NCBI RefSeq assembly: GCF_009914755.1
Contig: NC_060925.1
DNA from: the human T2T-CHM13v2.0 reference genome, Homo sapiens
Length of the DNA: 64,000 bases
Strand: one strand, 5' to 3'
Each line of letters begins with the position of its first letter. Position 1 is the first letter of the stretch. Below, in pieces: positions 32,311-45,784 of the stretch. The notes below the pieces were generated by a model that was not told where the DNA came from, searched no databases, and saw nothing but the letters and a program-made list of their open reading frames with translations. The translations under genes and the position numbers were made by a program.

Positions 32311-32939
32311 AAGTTTGACTTACTTGCCCCTACAAGGAGACTCCTTCAGGGTCTGAACCATGTTTCAGTTTCATTGAAACTCCCCTGGATTTAGGGCAGT
32401 GACAGAAACATAACAGAAACATGCTTGCTATGCTTTTTATTCGTTTCCTACATTTCAATATTCCAGGACTGCTGAAATCCGACTTCTTTGAGCATTTAAT
32501 TCTGTAATTACTTTCTATCCACAGGGTCAATATTCCTAGCAAACTCCAACCTAGGCTTATTCCACAGTGTTCCTCACATTTTGGTTCCCAGTCCTGATAC
32601 CTTGACTTTTCCCTCTGCTGCCAGACCATGACAAACCATGGGATTAGGTCTATTCACTGAAAATCTGGGTTGGACTAACTAACTTAGAATTCATGAAAGA
32701 AAGAAATTTGTCGACATGGGAGCTTGTGGTATACCTAGAAATTATACCAGTCAAATGCTTTTCAGTCCTAAAACAGAAAACTCTTAAGAACTCTCAAATA
32801 CTACAGGTATTTCCATTTGCGTTAGAGGGAGGGCCACTCAGTATCTTTTGTATTGGGGCTTCAACATCTATGAGAGATATGGGTTATCTCTGAGGCTGAT
32901 ACAAGCATATTTAAGTTTAGACCAAGCTCTGGGAGGTCA

Positions 32940-33298
32940 GCTGGATCAGGGAATACAGACTGAATTATGTTGCAGTACAAGCAACTCTCAAATATCACTT
33001 ACTTAAAACAAGCATTTATTTCTTGTTTCTAGCTATATCCATTGCAGGTCAGCTATGGCTCTGCTCCACTTCATCTTCTTTCCAGGATTCAGACTAAAGA
33101 AAAAATACTTTTCAGGAAAAAGAGAACATTGTGTGATGGCTTTTAAACTTTATGTTCAGAAGTGGCACACGTCACTTCTGCTCATATGTAATTGGCTAAA
33201 GCAAGCAACATAGCGAACCCTAACACCAACAGTGCAAGAATATATCATCCTTTCACATGAAGAAACACTGAATATTTATAACAATAACAATCTACCAT
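32940..33298 (-). mobile_element. Old MLT1 (J/K/L-like) LTR
   Basis: agaagtggcacacgtcacttctgctcat, attggctaaagcaag, end aatctaccat. Confidence 0.65.
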
Positions 33299-34759
33299 GA
33301 TAGCAAGGGTGAAAGAAAGATGGGATGTGGTCTCTTTCCCCAGTAATTTATAAACAATTAGGGACAATAATTTATACTCCATATTCTTTTGCTCACAATG
33401 TAATCTCTGATATTTTTAGCCTGAACACTTAGGGCAGAGGAAAACACTAGATGTTAGTTCATATAAACCATCCTTGCTGCAACTTTTTCTTGACATTTTC
33501 AGAGTCTTCCCTCCCATACCCCCATAATGTAGACAGATGGAGGCAAGTGTCTTCCTCGAAGTGTCTGGTTGATGAGAATGGGGAGCAGAGCCTGGAATGT
33601 GTTCAAAGATGTACTTAGATTCATTTATGGAGCTATCTCATCAAGCTCTATAAAGGTATGATGTCTGAAGATTAAGAACAATAATAGAAGACAGACCCCT
33701 GCTAGGCTCATTCCATACTCCTCCCTGGGGTTAGTGAAAAATGAGACAATTACCACTTTCTGAAAAAGTATAAATGTTTCCTTTGGAAAAAGATACTGAA
33801 GCTCTTTCTTAATCCTTAAAAAGCCTGAATAAAAAGGCTACAAAATATTATCCTTGAAAAGCTTCAACAGAATGGCCACACATGCTCCCTAAGTCAGAGT
33901 CTCCTGGCCTGCCATAACAGAACAGTCCTGGAGTATCCTCCAGGGAGTGCCTGTGGAATGTGGATCACTGGGCAGTTAACACTGGGCAGTTTCAGCACAC
34001 AGGACTTGTGGTTGGTCCAAGTGGATGAACTGAGCTACTATTGTCCCAACTAAACACGTTAGGCTTTACCCAAAGCTGTAGAAACAGCCAGGTGTCTATT
34101 CTGAAGGGTGCTGAGTGAATCAGTTAGATATCATTTTCCCTTTAATTCCAACACAGGAAAGGTCTGTCACTCCCAGTCACTGTGGAAGGGAACTAGAGGG
34201 TGGGGCTTAAAAAGGAAAAAAGGATGCAACACAGTACAAAGCCCATCCTTAAATTCCTCTGAAAGGAGGGTGGCAAATGAGGAGATGAGGAGGAGTGGGG
34301 GAAATTGCAAAAACAAATATGTGCCCCAGATCCATCTGGAAGCCAGATACTCAGTGTGTGGGCATAAAACTGTCTTCTGTTCCAGGTGCTGTCTCTGGTG
34401 GCTTAGTCTACCCCTCCCTCTCACCAAACCACAGGGAAGTCCTACTCCTCTGCAACTTTCCCAAGACACATTGCTTAATGTCTGAAAATACAGTTTTGCT
34501 AAAACCAACTGATACAATTATTTTTCCCAACTATAGTTTTATTACCAAGATTATAAATCATATAATCATTAGTTGTTCAACTTGAATGGACTTTAGAGAG
34601 TAGCAATAATAGAAAGAGATAATGGACAGATGTAGATTTCAATTGTGACTCCCATTCATGAGCTAAGTAAATAAATTATTTAATTTCTCCAAAACTCCAT
34701 TTTTCTAATTTGTGAAGTGGTGATGAAAACAATATCACCCTTATCCTATAACCATTCTT

Positions 34760-35470
34760 TTTTCATACATCTATCCATTCATTTAAGAAATACATCATAT
34801 ATATGTTTACTGTGTAGAAGACACCTGATATGGTTATGGTTTGGCTGTGACCCCACCCAAATCTCATCTTGAATTGTAGTTCCCATAATCCCTGTGTGTC
34901 ATGGGAGGGACCCAGTGGGAGGTGATTGAATCATAGGGGCAGTTACCTCCATGCTGTTCTCATGCTAGTGAGTAGGTTCTCATGAGATCTGAGGGTCTTA
35001 CAAGGAGATTTTCCCCTTTTGCTTGGCACTTTTCATTCTTCTCTGTCCTGCCACCATGTGAAGAAGGATGTATTGCTTCCCCTTCCACCATGACTGTAAG
35101 TTTCTTGAGGCCTCCCCAGCCAGGCAGAATTGTGAGTCAAATAAAACTGTTTCCTTTATAAATTACCCTGTCTCAAGTATTTCTTCACAGCAGCATAAGA
35201 ACAAACTAATACAACACCATGCTAAGAGGTGGCTGTATGGTAGAGAAGCATTCTGACATGGTTATTTACTTGACAGAATTTATAGCCTCTCTGCTGGGAA
35301 GGTCAGACATCAATAATCACACAAATAAATATAATTGATTTTGTGATAGGATAAATGAAGTAAAAAGTATTTCTGAGGCAGTATCAGGCCGAGATGAAGG
35401 ATGAGTGGGAATTAGAGAAGTGAAGAAAAGGAGAGTGGCAATGGGGTAGGATCATGTATTGGGCAAAGGG
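34760..35470 (-). mobile_element. L2 fragment interrupted by THE1D LTR
   Basis: cattcatttaagaaata 3' end; aataatcacacaaataaat; gaaggatgagtgggaatt. Confidence 0.6.
34826..35213 (+). mobile_element. THE1D-like solo LTR
   Basis: tgatatgg...aactaataca, perfect TSD acacc (34821-34825 / 35214-35218). Confidence 0.93.
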
Positions 35471-36261
35471 AAGAATCCCTTTGGTGGTACTAAAGAATGA
35501 CTGAGTTTAGTTTGCTGCTCAGATATTTGGAGTTTGCTGCTAAGATATTTGGATTAAACAACTTTTGGTATGGGTCAAACTTAGAGTAATTGTATTGAAC
35601 ACGTGGATTTCCTCAAAGCAGACTGACAGGAAAAAGAAGTCAAGTGAACGAAAAGATTATTCTAAATCAATCAGAGAAAACAAAATGCATTAGTGGAAAA
35701 AAAAAGAACGACTAAGTTTCCAGAAACAAAAGATCAGTAAAAAAGACACGAACAAAATGAAAAATACCACCACTAGGTAAGACTGAACAAGCCTATCCAG
35801 ATCACACAGAGTGGTGTGGATCACTTCATGGATTTTACACTTTATCTTAAATTGAAATGGGATACCAAAAAAGGGCTATAAGAAGGGGAGCAACTATTAA
35901 ACAGGGGATGTGTATAAAATACCACTTTCTTAAAAGGTGTTTAATAAAGTTTGTGTGTGTATGATAAAACACACAAATACTCCAACCTGTTCATTTTTAA
36001 GATGAGAGATCATAAAACTTAGCATATGGTTTCAGAATGTCCAAAGAGATTAAGAACATAATACTGAGTCCTGAACAAAACTTTTCATTTTGTTGGACTG
36101 ATTTTAAATAAGGAATCTATTGGGATTTAAATAATTGATAGTGTTTAGGAAAAGATTATCTATTTGACTTTGCATCTAGATATATTTTATTTTGAATGGA
36201 CCAGGGGTCATGGCATTAGATAAATGAAGAAAATATAATCCTTGCACAAAGCATTGTTGTG

Positions 36262-36451
36262 TAGGCAGATTACCAGATAAAATACAGATGCCAAGTTAAA
36301 TTTGAATTTTAGACAAACATCAATCTTTTAGTATAAGTATGGCTCAAATATTTCATAGAACACACTTACACAAAAAATTGTTTGATATTCATCTAAAATC
36401 CAAATTTATCTGGGAATGCTTTATTTTAATTTGCTAAATCTGGTAAATCTA
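36262..36451. mobile_element. MER53 palindromic hAT MITE
   Basis: ccagataaaatacagatgccaagttaaatttgaatt...tttgctaaatctgg, with internal dyad tagtataagtatggctc / gaacacacttacac. Confidence 0.85.
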
Positions 36452-36490
36452 TTATTATAAGGAACAATAGTCACATACTCATAATAGTAT

Positions 36491-36775
36491 TTGTCTGTTT
36501 GTTTGTTTGAGACAGGGTCTTGCTCTGTCACCCAGGCTGGAGTGCAGTGGTGTGATCACGGCTCACTGTAGCCTCAACCTTCTGAGCTCAAAGGATCCTC
36601 CAGCCTCAGCCTTCTGAGTAGCTGGGACTACAGGCTTGTGCCATCACACCCAGCTAACTTTCTATTTTTTGTAGAGACAGGATCTCACTAAATTGCCCAA
36701 GCTAGTCTTGGACTCCAGGGCTCAAGCAATCCTGCCTCAGCCTCCCAAAGTGTTGGGATTACAGGCATGAGCCAC
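36491..36775 (-). mobile_element. AluJ
   Basis: gagacagggtct, gatcacggctcactgtagcctc, gggctcaagcaatcct are J diagnostics. Confidence 0.9.
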
Positions 36776-39053
36776 ATAATAACATTATTTGTTGGTTTAC
36801 AACTTTTAGAATTGCTTTATTGGTGAAACACCAAATACTTAATGTTATGGATCAGAATATAAATTTTAACAACTTTTCAATATAAAAGAAACGTCATAAA
36901 TGGCAAATGGGAAATAAAGAGGTATAAGGAAAGGTAGAGGAATGGATGTCCATCTTCAGTGGAAGTGAGTTGAGATATTGCTAAAAGTTGATGGATATTA
37001 TGTGATTCATCTACTCTAGTATTCTTTTTGCCAGAAAAGTTCTAAGAGATGGTATTATCATATCAAACTTAAGGCACAGGTGTCTTTTTGCTTCAGAGTG
37101 ACCTTTTGTTCCATTGCCTGATTTTTTTTCCAAAAACTTTCAAAGTCTAGTCTGTACTACCTTAGGAAATGAGGAGCACTTCCAACTTTATTAACTGTTA
37201 TATAAAGAAACTCATTAAAAGTCATCTTTATCCAATACAATTGGAAATATTATTCTGGTAATAAAAAAAAGCCAGTTTAAGTGGGAAATCATAAAAAATG
37301 ATACAGATGAACATTATATATTTTATTTTGATCTTCAAAATATGAAGGAGTATTTATATGCCAGTCTTTTGAAGTGGGCCAAGATGTTTTCATCAAATAT
37401 GGGTCCCTGAGTATGAGTTCTGTGTCACCATAAAGCAGCATCTCTCATTTCCATTCTTTCCACTTAGTTTCTATAAAATATAGTGAGAATTTGAGGATAC
37501 TTTAATCTGAGGGGAGAAGCCTTCTGTGTTTTTACAAAAGTTTCCGCCATCTTCCACAGTCTTGCCCTCAGCAATTTTTTGTGACTTACTTTTACTGATT
37601 ATTTTCTAAGCACTTAAAGTAATTTCTTGGTGTAAACAATAAAAATATATTTTTATATTTATATTCCATTGAGTTTAATTCTATTTCATCACATTATATA
37701 ATTATATAACCAGAAAGACTGGGAGAAGCTATTGCAGTAGCATAAAAATCTACTTCTTGATTTCTCAACTGAGGAAAAATTCACATTCTGCCTTATATGT
37801 TCACCCCAAAACTACAAAATAAGTTGTCAGGGAGTTTAGGCAATTAAGTCTTCTTACAGGCTATACTACTGGGAGGCAGGAAACTAGGTTAAACAATTCT
37901 GAAGGCTAATTTCACTCAAAATTTGTATCATAATATGTATATTGATATCATTCTTCATTTCCTTAAAATGTGAGATTTTTGATTCTCCTAAAATTGTGTT
38001 GTTTCCATGGAAGGGTTTTATGCACCTAATTATTTTTTCTTTACTTTTCCCTTGAGGATGGGCATGTGGGGGAAAAGGGATAATATATTTACTGAGCAGC
38101 CTAAGAAAGCTCCTTGGGAGATAAGTGGCAGGTTATATTGGGGCTAAGTCCTAAGATAATTTATTATATTCTCAAACCCTGAACAAAATCCATTTTAATG
38201 AATGTGTAATAGAATTTTCTAGGCTATATCCAGCCATAATGCTCCAATAGAGACATAATCACATTAAGGGAAATGTATTTCTATTTAGTTTTTCTTCACA
38301 GAATTACTGCAATCCAAGCTTCATCCTTCTTAATCAAGAAGGTCCACATCTTAAGGCATGAACCTTCTTATTGCATTTAGTATTAAATCTGGATTCATAT
38401 ACCAGGTTATAGTCCTAATTTTACTTATCCATAAACATCAAATTGTTAATTAATTCCCAGAACTGAAGGTTAAATTGAGCTGTTTTCCTTATGACTAATT
38501 TTCAGTAAAGCCAGAATTTTGAAAGTAACCCCTTTTTTTTTTCAAGTTTCTTATATGGGTTTTCTGTTCTTAAATGTTTCTTTATAACGAGAAAAGAGAT
38601 TCATTGTTGGAATGATGGATTTTGCTTTTTGTTAAAAAAGACAGAGTGCTCAGGGTGGGGTCTGGCCATTTCCTGCCCCAAAACACAACTGTAAAAGATC
38701 AGTCATGTTAAAGGCCTAAACAACCTGACAAGATCACTTTAACCGCAACAGCAAATAAAGGTGATTCCCAACAGGGGGTTTAGGGAAAGGTGGCTGGGTT
38801 TAATTCTCCCTTAATGAACAGGCGGTTTCTCCTACTGGTAACACTACCTCAACAGAGGAGCCCTCAGAGCAGCCCAGGACACTCTTCAGGAGAGTATGTT
38901 TCCTTGGCTAAAATAAATGAATCTTAGAACAGACTTAAAGGGCTCCAAGTCTGTTGAAATCTTACCCTTTCTTAAAAACCCAGATTAAAGACTACTTCCT
39001 TTCTCACTGAACACGTCTTAACTGACTTTCTTTTACTGAGATTCCATTGTATT

Positions 39054-39365
39054 TTTTGTTTATTTGTTTGTTTTTTTTTTGAGACGGAATTTCGCTCTTG
39101 TCACTCAGACTGGAGTGCCATGGCGCAATCTCGGCTCACTGCAACCTCCACCTCCCGGTTCAAGCGATTCTCCTGCCTCAGCCTCCCAAGTACCTGCGAT
39201 TACAGGCGCCTGCCACCATATCCAGCTAATCTTTTTGTATTTTTAGTAGAGATGGGTTTTCACCCATGTTGGCCAGACTGGTCTTGAACTCCTGACCTCA
39301 GGTGATCTACCCACCTCAGCCTCCAAAAGTGCTGGGATTACAGGCGTGAGCCACCGTGCCCGGCC
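39054..39365 (-). mobile_element. AluS (Sq/Sp-like)
   Basis: tttcgctcttgt, cctgacctcaggtgatc; TSD ccattgtatt at 39044-39053 and 39366-39375. Confidence 0.92.
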
Positions 39366-39773
39366 CCATTGTATTGTTTTGATATATTTAAATTTACTTA
39401 GATTACACTTTAAATTGTAATTTTTTGAACAATTGACCTCCTCACTGGAATATAAGCAGTTTGAGGAAAGGATTCTGTCTTATTTGTTATTGTACTTCCA
39501 AGGAACAGTGCTAAGGACGAGAGATATCAGGTAAGACAAAAATGAATTAGTTCATGATAGCACAGTCTAATGGAAGAGGCTAATCTGTAAATAAATACTT
39601 GCAATGCAATTTGCTAATAATTCCATTAAAAGTGGATACAGGGCAATATGGAGACAAAGGAGAGGGAAAAACTGATTCTGCCTGGAGATTTAGTAAAATA
39701 TTAAAAAATAACACACACACCCACACCCCTCAGCTAAGCAAACTGCATGAACTTCTAGTCCTAGAACCCACCA

Positions 39774-40181
39774 ATATATATATATACATATACTTATATA
39801 TACACGTATACATACATATACACGTATACATATATATACACATACATATATATGTATACATATATATACACATACATATATGTATACATATATATACACA
39901 TACATATATGTATACATATATATACACATACATATATGTATACATATATATGTATACATATATACACATACATATATGTATACATATATATGTATACATA
40001 TATACACATACATATATGTATACATATATACACATACATATATGTATACATATATATGTATACATATATACACATACATATATGTATACATATATATGTA
40101 TACATATATATACATATACATATATACACATACATATATACGTATACATATATACACATATGCATATATATGTATACATAC

Positions 40182-40224
<43 letters not shown>
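39774..40224 (+). repeat. Compound (TA)/(CA)/(TG) microsatellite-minisatellite, about 450 bp
   Basis: Recurrent unit tacatatatacacatacatatatgta, ending in (TG)n(TA)n. Confidence 0.97.
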
Positions 40225-42371
40225 AATAAAACTTAGAGTCTGTGGTTGACACATTTTTTAGTTGTCTTCAGAGCTGTTTGCTATTATTCTCCGAAAAGTA
40301 CTTCTGGCTCCCATTTCAGGCCATATTTACAACTCTCTGACCCTATCCCCTCAACATGGCACACTGGCCCTTGGGTAGAATGTGCCTCAAGCTGGGCCAA
40401 TCCAACCTTGAGTGGTGAATATTGTGGTGTATTGGATCCATTATACCTACCAGCAGTTCAAACCTTACATTACTCTGGGTATGTAGCCAGGGGGTATACC
40501 CTCTTCTTTGAGAGTTTTCATGTTGGAGATTAGCAAATAGTCTTTAAAGCTGTACTGAGCAAAAAAATCACATCTTGGTGATAACCTTTGTTACATAAAT
40601 CAGTGAACTCAATATAAAAATTTATAGGGCAAATCCTTACTGAATGCGTATTGTATGTTAATGACTGTTGAGCAATCAGTAAAGGATAAGCAAGGTATAT
40701 GGTAGTTCCTTTCATCAAGGACAGGCATATAGAAAAATAATTAGAATAAATGGATAGATGCTAAACCGAGGGAGTGAAGCAGGTGACATGAGCAGAGAGA
40801 AGGTCTAGCTCTGCCGAGATTGTGACCCTCTTCCTTTACGCTACTCTGAGAATCACAGGCCTCCTGGACAAAGTCTCAAACCACGAAACATTTTTAAATA
40901 AAGATGTTTCTGTTTTTCCATCTCATCAAAGTATGGTTAAAAAAAAATCTGCTTAATGAAAGTTCAGGTTAAATTCTGTGGTCAAATTTATCGAAATCTT
41001 TGTGGGATTTTTTTTTCCCTTTTTCATTATGGGTTGCTAAGCAGAAGCAGAATGACTCTGGCCTGGTTTTTCAGTCTGGAATTCATGTCTCTGTGGGCTT
41101 CCAGACCTCAGTGACTGATCTCCAACATGAAAACTCTTGAAGGGGGTGACATCACCCATTGAGAGTTCCCAAATTAGGAAACTCAGAGATTCCAGGGAGC
41201 TCTTTCTGGTCTCTGTCCCTCCATTTGCCCTATTTTACTGGAATATGAGCCTCACTGAGGCAGCTGGGGTATGTGTGTTAGCAGCTAACGGGGGCAAAAG
41301 CTGGCACTGAAAGAAACTACTTCCAGAGAGGAGATCCTGTTTCTACCATTACCACTTTCCTAGGACTTATTCAGCACCCTGGCTCCAAGAAGATTTATGG
41401 GCTGCTTAAAATATTCATGTTTGCTTACTGCTGAGCATTGGAAATTTAAGGGTGAGAACTGGATTGTTAGCAGTCAGGGAGCTCTCTGTTCCAGGCCCAT
41501 GGGCTCTGGACATCCCCTTAGATTTCGCTCTCCGTGCCTGCCCTCACAGCTTCCCCCAAGGCACACGCCACATATTTCCTCTTGGGCTTCACCTGAAGTT
41601 GCCAAAATTCAGTCAGAGTGCAATAGATTGAGAGAGTCAGAAAATAACCATATAACCTGTATAAGAACTCACATTTGTGAAGTTTATAGTTTACAAGGTA
41701 TTTTCACATACATTAGCACCTGGCTCATTTATTCATTCATCCAATCATGCATTCACGTACCATATGTGTGCTTAGGAACTGGGTCTTACAGTGGTATTTT
41801 ACAAATAAGGAATATTGCTTAATTTCTGTGGACTTATGTTTAATTCTATAAAATCCCTTTATTTAACATTTTTGAAACATTTAGGCTGTGAAAAGCCTTG
41901 TGAGTCATAGGTGTGGGAAATATAAAAATTAATTAGTTGAAATAAAGATAATAAAGAGATTATAATCTAGTGAGGGAAATAGATTTGCCAAACAATGCAA
42001 AGAAACAACATGGGGTGGGAAAAGGGAATAAAACTAAGTAATGAATTGCAGCATCTGGGGTTCCAACAGGAGCAAAGGCTGATGTTGAGGTATGGTGGGA
42101 TCTCCTTTTTGATTCTGATTAGGAAGCACAGTGACCATTAATCCTACCCAACTCTAGTGAGACGTGGGCTATACAAAAAAGCCTCTTTTAACATGAAAGC
42201 ATTGGAGTGGAATAGTGGTTTTACAAACTGGGCTCCATGGAATCTATAGGTATTTTGCTTTGCTGCTGCCACAAACTAGAGAGGCTTTGCTTTTTTTTTT
42301 TTATTTCTTGTTTCAAACTGATTTCCATCAGAAGCTTTAATTTGAATAAAAGTTTTTTATAAGGCTAACAA

Positions 42372-42452
42372 AATAAGGAAAGGAAAGGAAAGAAGAAAAG
42401 GAGGAAGGAAGGAAAGAGGGGAGGGAGAGAAAGAAAATAAAAAAGAACAAAA
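42372..42452 (+). repeat. GA-rich low-complexity tract
   Basis: ggaaaggaaaggaaagaagaaaaggaggaaggaagg. Confidence 0.8.
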
Positions 42453-42771
42453 ACCCTCTGGACTAGGTCTCTAATATCCTGTGACTCTGGTTTAAGTAGA
42501 ATTAGAGAAAAGTTATTATAACTGTGACTCCATCCATGGAATATCTGAATTCTAATAAGAAAAAAATTACTGGAGAAAAATTTATAATAGAATTTTAAAT
42601 ATCAAGATAGAGAAGATGGGGGGAAAACAGAAGTTGTCTATAGCTTCAAATCCCCTCATCAAAACATCCAGTCCTGTTGCCTATGTTTATTTAATCCTGG
42701 CACCAATTTTGTGTACTTAGGTTTTAATGTTATTAAGATCTATTGATATGATTAGCTCAGAATAGAACTTT

Positions 42772-43067
42772 TGTTTTTCTCTTTTCTTTAGAGTCTTGCT
42801 CTGTCGCCTGGGCTGGAGTGCAGTGATGTGATCTAGACTCACTGCAATCTCCACCTCCTGGGTTCAAGCAATTCTCCTGCCTCAGCCCCCTGAATAGCTA
42901 GGATTACAAGCGTGTGCCACCATGCCTGGCTAATTTTTGTATTTTTAGTACAGAGGGAGGGTTTGCCACGTTGGCTAGGCTGGTCTCAAACTCCTAGCCT
43001 CAAATGATCCACCTACCTTGGCCTCCCAAAGTGCTGGAATTACGGGTGTGAGCCACTGCATCCAGCC
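42772..43067 (-). mobile_element. AluS (Sx/Sz-like)
   Basis: Full dimer; TSD agaatagaacttt / agaatagagcttt. Confidence 0.9.
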
Positions 43068-44299
43068 AGAATAGAGCTTTGTCTGTTAAATTTTTTAAGT
43101 TTCTTAAGTTACCCACTCTGTTTAATGCTTTCAGAAGTTTTGGAAAACAAAAAACACAAATCACTGCCCATTATCACATAAGAACAACCCAGTTTCTGTA
43201 TCTGGGAATCCTTTAACCTAAGACTCATGGGAAGGAAGAGCGTTCCCAAGATGGCTGCCCATAGCCTTTGGCTTTTACTACTGTGGGCCCCAGTTGTGCT
43301 CTAAGCAAGGTGCCCTAGAGCATTCCTCCATCAGAAACTGTAACTGGGAAACTGTATATGTGTGCAGCTCCAGCTTTTTAAGGGCTATCAGGAGATGTGA
43401 ATGGGGAGCTTTCCCAGATATATACAGTGTATTAATAATTAATTAGTGGGGACAAGACCTCTTGGGGTTTATGAGTGTGAACCCTTACTCCCACAGTGCA
43501 AATAGCATTCCAAGTACAGCGACTGCAGGCTGGGTGCTGAATACCAGCTAGTAAGTTCAGGCCTGACCATTTTAGACTGTACCTAGGCTGGCCACCATGC
43601 TAAAAACAAACATAGACCAGGTACAGATGCAAGCACAGCCTTCCCGTTGCTCCAACAGGTATTCTAGGCCAAGGAAGGATTTGCCTCAGAGACATTTGTT
43701 CCCCTTATTCAAGGGAAACATTCACTCTCTGGCTCCAAGTTCCCTAGAGTCTGTTTAGCCCCATTTTCTTTTACTACATGCCTTTTCTGGGGGAGGATGT
43801 ATACTTTTTAGCATCGGCTACATTCTGAACCCAGGACAACCAATAGACATTTTCATTTGTATGCCCTACAAGTATGCAGATTCAAATAAATTTAGTATCT
43901 GCACCCTCTGCAACCCCAACTGCTTCTCACCCTCATTTAGGGACCAAACATTAGTCTTTAAAGGTAGAAACATCTTTTCCCCTTCCTCAGCCTGTCTATT
44001 TTGGCACTTAAGACCTGTGGAATCTACCTCAGAAATGTCTCTGAAATCTCCATCTTTTACTTTATTCATTAATTTGTATTGAGCACTAAAGGACTTGGAT
44101 GAGATCCAGCCCATTTTTATAATAATCAAGTGAGTACTGGAGTGTGAGACAAATAAATAACCATTAATCCAATGTGAGAGATGGTTTAATAGAGCTTTGC
44201 ACAGGGTGGCCTGGGAGTGGAAAGGAGGGGCCATCTGTTTGTTTTTCTGATAGCAATATTCAAAAAGTATTTGCTGTGGATGCTCAAAAAATATTTGTA

Positions 44300-45340
44300 G
44301 AAGCAAACTAAACTGAAGTGGTGATGCATATTCTCAGTTTTTGAGAATGAATTTGTAGGTGGACAACTGAAGGGGTGCCATGTAGGCAAAAGAAACTGTA
44401 TGTACAAACCATAAAGAAGCAGGAGAGACAGTGTGCAATTAGTGAAAGAGACCAAGATGACTGATGTAACTGGAGGGTAAGTAGTTGGAAATGAGACTGC
44501 AGATGTAGGCAGGGTCTTGTGTTTCTTGTTGACAGGCTTGGACTTTAAGGCAAGGGGATGCCATATAATAATTTTAAGTTTGGAACAGAACTGACCAAAT
44601 TAGTCTTGGTGGTGGGTAGGGGGTGGTGAAATAGTGTAGGATGTCAAATAGGCAGTGCATTTAGGGGAAATGTAGAAGGCAGACTCATGTAGATATTGGT
44701 AATAAATAAGAAGGAAGTGGTGATGATGGATGGCAAAGAAGGTGGGATGGAAGAGTTTGGAGGAGACTCGAGTTTCTGGCTTGGGCATATAATTAAGTGG
44801 GTCACTGCATTAGCACATGCCCTTCTCTCCCTGTTATTTTGGCAATAATCCTCTAGCTGGTTTCCTTGACTTTGGTTTCTCCATCCTTCTCACTGAAGAA
44901 GCGATTATCTTTCCTAAACCAAAATCTGATCATAGGACCCTTCTGTATAAAGCCCTGGATTGACGCTCATTATGTGCAGAACCAAAAAGTCCAGACTCTC
45001 TAGCTATTGTCTTTTAGCTACCACTTCAATCTTGCCTTTGCCACAACCTCTGAAATCCTCCTTCATAACTCCAGCCACACTAAGCTGTTCAATGTTTCCC
45101 AGGCATGATCTGCATTCACTTCTTCTGTGCCTGTATACATGATGTTTACTCTACTCAGGAAGCTCTTCTAGTTATTTTTTTCCTGGTAATAGCTAGTGGT
45201 GCTCAAAGACTCATTTTAAATGCCACCTAGTCTGTAAAGACCTTCCTGCCTTCCCCTGGCATAGCAGCTCACCCTCTGTCTTCACTCTTTATTCTCTTTT
45301 TTTTCTTTGCAATTCTTTTAAAGTAAACTTCATATAATAT
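44300..45340. mobile_element. L2 fragments in opposite orientations (~44300-44790 minus, ~44810-45340 plus)
   Basis: ttggactttaag...ttttaag; aaaatctgatcat, ccagccacac, aaatgccacct L2 motifs. Confidence 0.6.
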
Positions 45341-45347
45341 CACATTA

Positions 45348-45784
45348 CAGCTGATCCTTAAACAATACGAGTTTGAACTGCACAGGTCCACTTATATGCA
45401 GATTTTCTTTTGCCTCTGCCATCCCCGAGCCAGCAAGACCAAACCTTCCCCTTCTCCTCCTCCTCAGCTACACAATGTGAAAATGATAAGGATGAAGACC
45501 TTTATGATGATTCACATCCACTTAATGAATAACAAATACATTTTCTCTTTTTGTTATTTTTAATAACATTTTCTTTTCTCTAACTTACTTGATTGTAAGA
45601 ATACAGTATATAATACATATAACATACAAAATAGGTGTTAATCGACTGCTGTTATTTCTAAGGCTTCTGGTCAGCAGTAAGCTATCAGCAGTTAAATTTT
45701 TGGAGAGCCAAAAATTAAATGTGGATTTTCAACTGTGGGTGGAGGTCAGTGTCCCTAACCCCCATGTTGTTCAAGGGTCAACTG
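45348..45784 (+). mobile_element. Tigger2a (MER28-like) TcMar-Tigger non-autonomous element
   Basis: TIRs cagctgatccttaaacaa ... ttgttcaagggtcaactg; TA TSDs at 45346-47 and 45785-86; 437 bp. Confidence 0.9.

Noticed and set aside
39599-40254. Six overlapping ORFs of 118-208 aa
   Set aside because: Artefacts of a stop-free TA/CA/TG repeat.
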